From positions 1 through 16,083 of the forward strand of contig MGLW01000005.1 in the NCBI GenBank assembly GCA_001794905.1: DNA of 16,083 nt. Direction: 5' to 3'. This document shows positions 1 to 6,840 of the stretch, piece by piece (position 1 is the first letter of the stretch; each line of letters opens with the position of its first letter). The notes beneath the pieces are model-generated. The model was not told the origin of the DNA and did no database searches. It worked only from the letters and a program-made list of their open reading frames with translations. Position numbers and translations under genes: made by a program. This DNA is from Chlamydiae bacterium RIFCSPHIGHO2_12_FULL_49_11 (GTDB lineage Bacteria; Chlamydiota; Chlamydiia; Chlamydiales; 2-12-FULL-49-11).

Positions 1-1199
1 TTTTTGATGTCGCGTGCGGCAACAAGCGTGGTGATGCCGCATACCGTATTCATGAAAAAATAGTAGTTGTGGTTGACGGCCAGGGTGACACCGGTCAGTA
101 TCGTGAGCACAAAAGTGGCAAACACCGCCAGGCGCGCGTCGATGAGAACGATGAGGAGCATAGTGAGAAGGGGAATGAAAATCGGGTAGTGGAACATTTC
201 CATGAGGGTTCCCCTATCGAGCAAAAACCACTCGCCGAGCTTGGCAAAAATCAGAAAGAAAGTTGTGATCGTCAGGAACAGGCCGAGCTTTCTTGCCGAC
301 TGCATGAATGCACGGTCGAAAAGGTACAGGAAAAATCCCGATAGGACGACGATGATGACGGCAAAGAGCACCGATCCGGTGATTGTGCGCCATTGCCACA
401 AGTTGCGCTCAATGCTGATCTGTTTTTTCATGGCGCTCAGCATCGCTATCTGGCGCTGGGTCACTTTTTCGCCCTGGTCAATGATCCGGCTTCCCGCCTT
501 CACCTCAGTGTAATGTTTCGGAATCTCCTTCTCGATCGCATCGCGAATTTGGCGCTGCGCTTCGATATCGCTATAGAGGCTCCATTTCTGATCCTGAAAA
601 TAGCGGATCACATAGGAGAGAATATTTGCACTGAATCCGAAGTTCTGGTGAATATTTTCCTCAATCTGTTTCCAGAATGCACCGGGAAGGACCATGGAGT
701 CTTTGACCTGGATCGGGTAGATGATGTAATAGTTGTCAGTGGAAAGGCCCGTATCTTCCCGTTTTTTATAGGTGCGCGAATCGGTGATATTGGCTTCATG
801 GAGCGTTTCGGCCAAGGCGTTGATCGCCGCCCACATTTGGTCAAATGAGGCGTGCACCTCGGTACGCCAATCGGGGTGGCTGATCAAATATTGCTGGAAG
901 CGGTGTTTGACATCCTGGATGGCCGAATTGTGGATTTTGTATACTTTCCCCACATCGCGCAACGCTTCCTGTTTGAGAATCGCCGTCGCATCGGGATCGG
1001 GAAAAGAAAAATCGACTTGCGCCACAACATAATTTTTGGCAAAACTTCCCACTTCGAGAAAATCGACTTTGACCTCGCGGAAATGGATAAAAATCGTGAT
1101 AAAGATGACAAACAACAGTCCGATGACCAAGTGCAAGCCCTGCTGTTTTTTGTCTTTCTCCGGCTTGCGCCGTTTCCTTTTACCGAGCCCGATGGTCAT
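1..1199 (-). CDS. 7TM-HD (HDIG) family membrane phosphohydrolase, PgpH/YqfF-like; N-terminal part, runs off the left edge
   Basis: Absent from the ORF track because there is no stop in the window. Manual translation from ATG 1199 gives MTIGLGKRKRRKPEKDKKQQGLHLVIGLLFVIFITIFIHFREV... (one TM). An extracytoplasmic domain follows, ending ...YTEVKAGSRIIDQGEKVTQRQIAMLSAMKK (7TM-HD extracellular domain-like). Several TM helices continue to ...TLVAARDIK at the edge. The HD domain itself is outside the window. Confidence 0.75.
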   Translation of the reverse strand, partial: MTIGLGKRKRRKPEKDKKQQGLHLVIGLLFVIFITIFIHFREVKVDFLEVGSFAKNYVVAQVDFSFPDPDATAILKQEALRDVGKVYKIHNSAIQDVKHRFQQYLISHPDWRTEVHASFDQMWAAINALAETLHEANITDSRTYKKREDTGLSTDNYYIIYPIQVKDSMVLPGAFWKQIEENIHQNFGFSANILSYVIRYFQDQKWSLYSDIEAQRQIRDAIEKEIPKHYTEVKAGSRIIDQGEKVTQRQIAMLSAMKKQISIERNLWQWRTITGSVLFAVIIVVLSGFFLYLFDRAFMQSARKLGLFLTITTFFLIFAKLGEWFLLDRGTLMEMFHYPIFIPLLTMLLIVLIDARLAVFATFVLTILTGVTLAVNHNYYFFMNTVCGITTLVAARDIK

Positions 1200-1225
1200 C
1201 GTTTTTTACTCATACTGATAATCCC

Positions 1226-1255
1226 TTGATATCTTAACGACACTTAATATAGAAT
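1226..1255 (+). promoter_or_regulatory. Putative sigma70-type promoter for dnaX
   Basis: TTGATA (1226-1231), 18-nt spacer, TAGAAT (1250-1255). An AGGA Shine-Dalgarno at 1264-1267 precedes ATG 1274. Confidence 0.45.
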
Positions 1256-1273
1256 ATGCTTTTAGGATTTAAT

Positions 1274-2599
1274 ATGCAAACGACCCGGCATCTTGCTTCT
1301 TCGCGCCGCTTCAGGCCCCAAAAATTTTCCGAAATCGTCGGCCAGGCAGCTGTCGTCACAACGTTGCGGAATGCGATCGTGCGAGGCATGACGGCACATG
1401 CCTACATCTTCTCCGGCATCCATGGCACCGGCAAAACCACGCTTGCCCGCATCATTGCCAAAGCGCTCAATTGCACCGCCCTCTCAGGGGACGGCGAGCC
1501 GTGCAACATGTGCAGCTCCTGCCGTGAGATCGCCCAAGGGGAATCCCTTGATGTGATAGAAATAGACGGCGCTTCCAACCGCGGCATCGACGACATCCGT
1601 GCCATTACCGAAACGCTCCCCTACAATAGCGGTAAGAGCCGTTACAAAATCATCATCATCGATGAAGTACACATGCTGACGAAAGAGGCGTTCAACGCCC
1701 TTCTTAAAAGCCTGGAAGAGCCTCCGGCCCACGTCAAATTCTTCTTTGCCACTACCGAACCTCTCAAAATTCCCGCTACCATTCTCAGTCGCTGCCAACG
1801 TTTTGACCTGGAAAGGATCAAGGATTCTGACATCGCACGCAAGCTGAAATTCATTGCGGACGATCTCGGCAGGCCCATCGACGATGCAGCTCTTGACTTT
1901 TTGGCCGTTTTGGCCGAAGGATCTCTCAGGAGCGCCGAGTCGATGCTCGACCAACTGTTTGCCTACGAGAAAGATTCCGTCAGCATCGAAAAAATCCAGA
2001 AGCTCCTCGGCTATCCCACCTCCGACCTCTTTTTTTCCCTGGATGAGGCTTACCATCAATCCAAGGCAGCATCCGCCTTCCTGATCGCCGATACTGTCTT
2101 CATGCAAGGGGTGCACATCCCCTTTTTCCTCGAAGGGCTCATCGGCCATTTTCGGACCGCCGTCAAACTCTCCCTCTCCCTCTCTACGCACACTTCTTTA
2201 CCTCAGCATCTCCGTGACGGGTATCAGAAGGCTCTGTCCATTTACACACCGGAAAAACTCTTTTAAATCCTCGATTTCCTTGCCCTGATCCTCTTGCAGG
2301 AAAAAAAATTCCCCACCTCCAAGGTACACCTCGAGATGGTTCTTCACCGCATCATCCAAACGAAGACGAGGCCGACTCTCCAAGAAATTCAGGAAGCACT
2401 CCTCGGCCATAAGAGCCGGCCCGCGCCCCCGGTTCGGGAAACTCCGCCCCCCTCCGCACAACTTTCTTCTGCACAACTTCTCTCCGCGCCGCCTCTTGCC
2501 GCGCCGCTTCAAGAAAGTGCGCCCAAACGCACCATTCACCATGATACGGTGATGCAATTTGCCGCCGTCGAACTGGAAGGAACCATCAAGCACTTATGA
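1274..2599 (+). CDS. dnaX: DNA polymerase III subunit gamma/tau, interrupted by an in-frame TAA at 2264-2266
   Basis: Motifs RFRPQKFSEIVGQ, Walker A GIHGTGKTT, zinc cysteines (LNC...PCNMCSSC), EIDGASNRG, IIDEVHML and SRC. ORFs 1256-2266 and 2294-2599 share one frame (offset 1038 = 346 codons) and read EKLF*ILDFLALILLQEKKFPTSKVHLEMVLHRII. Start placed at ATG 1274 on the basis of the SD. Confidence 0.92.
2453..2512 (+). repeat. Four degenerate 15-bp tandem units in the DnaX Pro/Ala linker
   Basis: tccgcacaactttct / tctgcacaacttctc / tccgcgccgcctctt / gccgcgccgcttcaa, encoding SAQLS-SAQLL-SAPPL-AAPLQ. Confidence 0.6.
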
Positions 2600-3189
2600 A
2601 AATATTTAGCATCTTGATTTTAGTTGTCGGATTGCTCCATGCGGGCAAAACCACATTTGTCACGATTGACAACGCCGTGATAAAAGCAAAGGCCACATTC
2701 TCCATTACGGATGAAAAGGGTGCCCTGATAGGGAGAGGATTGCGTTGGGGGCTCCTACCTCCTTATAACTACACCATTTTTGACCCGGAAGGAAGGACGA
2801 TTGCGACAGCCGAGTCGCGTTTGTTTGCATTCGGAGCTCTTGCTGCAGGCAGTGAAAACCTCGATATCTATACACCGGACGGCTATCTGGGAAAAATCAG
2901 CGGAACGATATGGACATTTGCCAGAGCCAAATTCCGGTTTTCCGACCGTGACGACCATGAATGTGCCCTTGCGTACCTTGATAATGACAGATTCGTTTTT
3001 TCCATCGTCGAAGAACAAGAACTCAACAACAAGTTACTGATGACCTTGGAAGGGGTAGCAACGGGAACATCAGGTCACATCAAAAACACTTGGATTGAGG
3101 GAGCGCCGGAAATCGATGAGCGGATCATCCACATTTTCAGCATGTTTGTCCTTGATTTTAGGTACAGCTTCACCCACACATACTATTAG
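2596..3189 (+). CDS. Exported protein, possibly LURP-one/scramblase/Tubby-C-like beta-barrel family
   Basis: 197 aa with signal peptide MKIFSILILVVGLLHA. Repeated beta-hairpin pattern (FSITDEKGALIG, YTIFDPEGRTIA, LDIYTPDGYLGKISG, FRFSDRDDHECA). ATGA overlap with the dnaX stop. The family call is tentative. Confidence 0.55.
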   Translation: MKIFSILILVVGLLHAGKTTFVTIDNAVIKAKATFSITDEKGALIGRGLRWGLLPPYNYTIFDPEGRTIATAESRLFAFGALAAGSENLDIYTPDGYLGKISGTIWTFARAKFRFSDRDDHECALAYLDNDRFVFSIVEEQELNNKLLMTLEGVATGTSGHIKNTWIEGAPEIDERIIHIFSMFVLDFRYSFTHTYY

Positions 3190-3200
3190 CGTTCTGTCGC

Positions 3201-3965
3201 TTAAGGATAGGCTTGGTTAAATCTTATGGCTGTCTCTTTAGAAATTCCCTCTCTTGTAGAGGCTGGGGGGGTTTTTCTGGTAAAACAAAAGAGCTTCCCT
3301 GTTGCTTTAGACGCTAGATAATTATGACGTCTTACCTCACCTAAATAGATGCAATCCAAATTCTTGCTTAATTTTTCTACATAATCAGCAAGATCGGGAG
3401 CCACATCATTCGATACTTCGACAATCACATTATCAGCTAGAGATAAAAGATTTTTGATGATTGCAGCTCTTCCAGAATAAGTCTTATCCATCATATGAAC
3501 TACTAATAGAGCCAGTAGAACATCAAAGTGCTCATATCGATTCATAAACTTAAGATCAGAAAGATTGACCAATTTATTTAAATAGGTGATATTGCTCAGC
3601 TGCATGTTTAATTTACACAGACGTAAAATCATATCTGCATGATTACGGTAATAACTATCATTTGCTCCGATCATGACACAATTTGCATTTGGATAGTCAT
3701 GAGCAGTTCGAAATGAAAAATATCCTTGTGCCGCCCCTAAATCTAGTATACTGAATTTTCCATTATAACAATCCAAAATGGGCTTTATCATTTCATATCT
3801 CACATGACACATATCCGTTCCTGAACGTAGAAACTGATTATCAATCACTAGATCCTGATAAGCCGGCTTGGCATACTCATTTAAAAACGACTCTATTTCG
3901 TTTTTGGTAGCCGCATTTAAATTACAAAAAGCAACACTAATAAATAGGGTAAAAAACTTCCGCAT
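3201..3965 (-). CDS. Class I SAM-dependent methyltransferase resembling the WbdD N-terminal methyltransferase domain, with N-terminal signal-like sequence
   Basis: Motif I ILDLGAAQGYFS, upstream YQ...C..R, and downstream EHFDVLLALLVVH and LLSLADNVIVE. Start at ATG 3965 (MRKFFTLFISVAFCNLNA) after an AAGGGG SD. AT-rich. Confidence 0.72.
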   Translation of the reverse strand: MRKFFTLFISVAFCNLNAATKNEIESFLNEYAKPAYQDLVIDNQFLRSGTDMCHVRYEMIKPILDCYNGKFSILDLGAAQGYFSFRTAHDYPNANCVMIGANDSYYRNHADMILRLCKLNMQLSNITYLNKLVNLSDLKFMNRYEHFDVLLALLVVHMMDKTYSGRAAIIKNLLSLADNVIVEVSNDVAPDLADYVEKLSKNLDCIYLGEVRRHNYLASKATGKLFCFTRKTPPASTREGISKETAIRFNQAYP

Positions 3966-4098
3966 TATTATGGTCCCCTTTGTCAAGACAGAAAATGTTG
4001 ACTTCTTAATCTTATAACCTCGGAGCTTCTCTTCTTCTTTTTTCTGTATATACCCTCCGCCAAAAAAGGGTTTGTAAGATGTTCCTTATCGTCCTGTG

Positions 4099-5043
4099 CT
4101 ACTTCATGTTATTTGAGACCCAATTCTCTACTACTCTAATTAGGTTATCTCTGAGGGGAATATAGTCTTTCGGATTATCTGGCGGATTACTAAAATCGAA
4201 ATTGATTTGATTTGTTAGCAACTGGTCTTTAGAACAGTGATGTGCAAGATTGCCAAGACCGTAAAGTCTTGGATTACGTCTATCCACATAATCAGCTATT
4301 AATAATACTGGAGTTTCAAAAGCAAGGCATGGAAGGCAAGCATGCAATCTTGTTGTGACTACACATTTAGCCTGTCGATATCTATCCAATATCCTTTCAG
4401 CATAATCTAATCTTTGTTTATTCGATAATTGTGAATAAAACATAGCATGACTCATCACCACTACCGTAGTTTTCGTCTTAGATCTAATATAGTTCACTAT
4501 TTCATTATCAACATCGACGGCATAAATTACGTTTTTTCTTATTTGGTTACGCAGATTTTTTAAAGTAAGCGAAAGACAACCAGAAAAATACGAGGGAATA
4601 CCCTTTTTTTGCAATTCATCAAGAGTAATTAAGTCTCTAGCTCCAACAGGGCCATGTTCTTTTAGATATTGAATACTCTCATCTGAAAAACACTCGGCGA
4701 AGAAACTACGGGTTACATGCATAGAAATTAAAAGTGGATCAATTGATGGTGGTGGTGGCCAGCTTTTATTAGGTGGAATTCCAGTCCGGATCCAACAGGA
4801 TTTTGTATGCATAAACCAACCATTAACCAATACCTTTACGGGCTGATCACTCTCGAAATTTGCAAGGTACTCTCTATCTATTGGAATGGCTCTCTTGGGC
4901 AAAAACTGTTTTGCTGCTAAAGCTTGTATATCATCTCCTATGTTATGAGTGGAATAAGAGAGATACCCAAAAGAATTATCTCCATAGCAACGTGAATGAC
5001 AACTCAAAGCAAGAATTGTAATAATATATAAAAAAACTTTCAT
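4099..5043 (-). CDS. Polysaccharide pyruvyl transferase family protein
   Basis: Motifs NIGDDIQALAA, VGARD, FSGCLSLT and VVTTRLHACLPCLAFETPV. Start at ATG 5043 (MKVFLYIITILALSC) after an AAGGA SD. AT-rich. Confidence 0.85.
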   Translation of the reverse strand: MKVFLYIITILALSCHSRCYGDNSFGYLSYSTHNIGDDIQALAAKQFLPKRAIPIDREYLANFESDQPVKVLVNGWFMHTKSCWIRTGIPPNKSWPPPPSIDPLLISMHVTRSFFAECFSDESIQYLKEHGPVGARDLITLDELQKKGIPSYFSGCLSLTLKNLRNQIRKNVIYAVDVDNEIVNYIRSKTKTTVVVMSHAMFYSQLSNKQRLDYAERILDRYRQAKCVVTTRLHACLPCLAFETPVLLIADYVDRRNPRLYGLGNLAHHCSKDQLLTNQINFDFSNPPDNPKDYIPLRDNLIRVVENWVSNNMK

Positions 5044-5302
5044 ATAGATTCCTTTTATTAGCAAACAAAACTTGAAAATCAAGATGTCTCGCTGCAAATA
5101 TTTTTGCAATTATCAACAAAAATACTATTGTACATCACATAATTGAATTGACCTTTCGATTTCAAGAGAACACCAATTCTTATTTGCAGCATAATTAGGA
5201 TCAATTTTCATTACCCATCTTTTGGCCTTATGGTTACAAGGCATGATTTTATAAATTTTAATATTTTTCCACAATCAAAAGTTCTGAATGACTCTTTCCA
5301 CC

Positions 5303-5454
5303 TATAGTGGACCCCAAAAATTAGACAACTGAAGTTGTTCACTTCATACTTTTAAAAACGTCAAAAGACGGAGTAAAAAATGGGTAGAACGCTATGAACA
5401 GCAGCGTTTAAAAAGAAGGTGGCATTGGTCGCCCTGAAAGAAGATAAAGACTAA
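5303..5454 (+). mobile_element. IS3-family remnant: left terminal inverted repeat plus decayed orfA start
   Basis: tatagtggaccccaaaaattagaca (5303-5327) resembles IS3-family ends (TG...CCCC...TTAGACA). GGAG SD and ATG 5380 give MGRTL*TAAFKKKVALVALKEDKD*, matching the OrfA HTH start pattern (xEFKAKVALEALKGEKT) but with stops. Confidence 0.7.
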
Positions 5455-5611
5455 AACTCAGATCGGTTATCCTAAAATCCTATTCGACGATTCACGCAAC
5501 AATCCGCGGTAAAAATCCTTGTAAGAATCCATCTTACCGGCTGTGTTTCCTAAATCAAAGTGACTGCCCACGTCCGAATGTCCTTTCGAACATCGTGCGA
5601 AGCCAGTACAG

Positions 5612-5656
5612 GGGCAAGAAGGGGCGCGCGCGCTGCACGCGCCCCCCTTCTTGCCC
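5612..5656. repeat. GC-rich inverted repeat (21-bp arms, 19 paired, 3-nt loop)
   Basis: gggcaagaaggggcgcgcgcg-ctg-cacgcgccccccttcttgccc. A second palindrome, gatgatc-tt-gatcatc, lies at 5676-5691. Confidence 0.85.
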
Positions 5657-5755
5657 ATTCCCACCGGCTACTGCAGATGATCTTGATCATCGAAGTGGTC
5701 GGAACTTTTTGTAACTCTTTTCTTGAATAAAAAGAGACACACAAAAGGAGTCTCT

Positions 5756-5830
5756 GTGAATCGTGATTGGAAACAATATAACAGAAAACTTGTTAATCGT
5801 GGAAGCCTCAATTTTTGGATCTCAAATGAT
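5756..5830 (+). pseudogene. N-terminal fragment of an IS5-family (IS903 group) transposase
   Basis: AAGGAG SD (5745-5750) and GTG 5756 give MNRDWKQYNRKLVNRGSLNFWISND, matching the IS903-type N-terminus (NW..YNKALINRGS.TFW). Similarity ends after about 25 codons and there is no DDE domain. Confidence 0.75.
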
Positions 5831-5903
5831 TTTTTTCCAGCACTAATACCAATCCAAAAAAATAAATTCATAAATTTAAATAAATGGGCTTGTTTAACGA
5901 TTG

Positions 5904-5995
5904 GCGATGTTTTGGCAAGGAGACACTCGAGGGTCTGTTTGTGGGCTACTTTCGTGCTCAGGTGAAGAAGAGCTTCTTTGATATAGGGGATCGAT
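5904..5995 (-). repeat. 92-bp direct copy of the ptsI 3' coding region (6872-6963)
   Basis: 88/92 identical, offset 968 bp. Mismatches at 5934/6902, 5953/6921, 5983/6951 and 5991/6959, all transitions. Confidence 0.95.
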
Positions 5996-6092
5996 TCGGA
6001 ATCGACAAGGGGCAAAGCCGGTTCAATAAAAAAGACCCTTTTCCCATTTTCCGGAAAGCGGTACACTTTTCTTTCAACCGGGAGCAAAAAAG

Positions 6093-6374
6093 ATGGGCAG
6101 CGGATTTTCCAAGATGCGCAAGCAGCAAAAGGTGATGCAGGAACAGATGGGGCGTCTGCAGGAAGAGTTGCAAAACAAAGAAATTATGGGCAAAAGCGAG
6201 GGGGGGCTTGTCGAAGTCGTCATCACGGGAGACAAAACCATAAAATCGGTCAAAATCAATCCCGAATGCGTTGACCCTTCCGACCTTGAAGGACTCCAAG
6301 ACCTGCTTGTCAGTGCCGCGAGGGACGCCTACAGCCAATTAGAAAAAATCATGCCGCAATTTCCCGGCCTCTAG
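6093..6374 (+). CDS. ybaB: YbaB/EbfC nucleoid-associated protein
   Basis: 93 aa. MQEQMGRLQEEL, GKSEGGLVEVVITG and DPSDLEGLQDLLVSAARDA. GGGAG SD upstream. Confidence 0.95.
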   Translation: MGSGFSKMRKQQKVMQEQMGRLQEELQNKEIMGKSEGGLVEVVITGDKTIKSVKINPECVDPSDLEGLQDLLVSAARDAYSQLEKIMPQFPGL

Positions 6375-6840
6375 GGTGTGTCATCATGAGAATTGCGTTT
6401 GGGTTTAGTTTTCACGCCCCATCAATAGGATGAAGGATTGGAAAGGGGGGAAAAGCGGAGCCGGCAGAGCCCCCCAGGGAAACCAGTCCCACCCTTCGCA
6501 CTTGTGTGGTTCACGTAGCTGGGCGACCCCTTCAAAATCAAGTATCGTCACAAAAATCGTGATGTAATGCTTTTCCGGCCCAATGATGTCGCTTGTCCAT
6601 TTTCCACTGCTGAAGGAAAGTGCGATAAGCCCCGTTTCTTCGAAAAGCTCCCGTTTGGCACATTCCTCAACCGTCTCACCAAACTCAAGGTGTCCGCCCG
6701 GAAGCGCCCATGTACCCTCTCCATGAGATCCCTTCCGCTGTCCAAGAAGCACTTTCCCTTCCCGTTCCACAATGACTCCAACTCCAACGCGAGGCCACTT
6801 CTTGACCATGTTTTTCCTCATTTTAATTGACGACACGTCC
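6374..6840. mobile_element. Putative non-autonomous IS5-like cassette carrying the Nudix gene
   Basis: Ends GGGTGTGTCATCA (6374-6386) and, on the minus strand, GGACGTGTCGTCA (6840-6828) match at 10/13. The cassette is flanked by TA at 6372-6373 and 6841-6842. No transposase inside. Confidence 0.55.
6405..6809 (-). CDS. Nudix hydrolase, NUDT15/MTH2-like nucleotide sanitiser
   Basis: Nudix box GGHLEFGETVEECAKRELFEETGL, plus PRVGVGV, RKGSHGEGTWALP, EPHKCEGWDWF and LPAPLFPP. Start at ATG 6809 after a GAGGA SD; the track starts at GTG 6836. Confidence 0.92.
   Translation of the reverse strand: MVKKWPRVGVGVIVEREGKVLLGQRKGSHGEGTWALPGGHLEFGETVEECAKRELFEETGLIALSFSSGKWTSDIIGPEKHYITIFVTILDFEGVAQLREPHKCEGWDWFPWGALPAPLFPPFQSFILLMGREN

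Noticed and set aside
69-1229. Plus-strand ORFs 69-344, 202-513, 393-848, 772-1032, 852-1229 and 1036-1218
   Set aside because: They are shadows of the long minus-strand 7TM-HD frame that the track missed.
2264-2266. Genome-wide TAA reassignment
   Set aside because: TAA is the natural stop of the methyltransferase, Nudix, GT9 and GT2 genes, and no other conserved gene has an internal TAA.
2301-2308. A8 run as a programmed gamma/tau frameshift site
   Set aside because: It lies before the final collar helix rather than after it, and long A/T runs are common throughout the window.
5668-6087. 139-aa minus-strand ORF as a PtsI paralog
   Set aside because: Only about 30 codons match PtsI through the 92-bp copy. 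The rest is antisense to the ybaB leader and the IS fragment.
5110-6090. CRISPR array or retron in the non-coding stretch
   Set aside because: There are no regularly spaced repeats, cas genes or reverse transcriptase.
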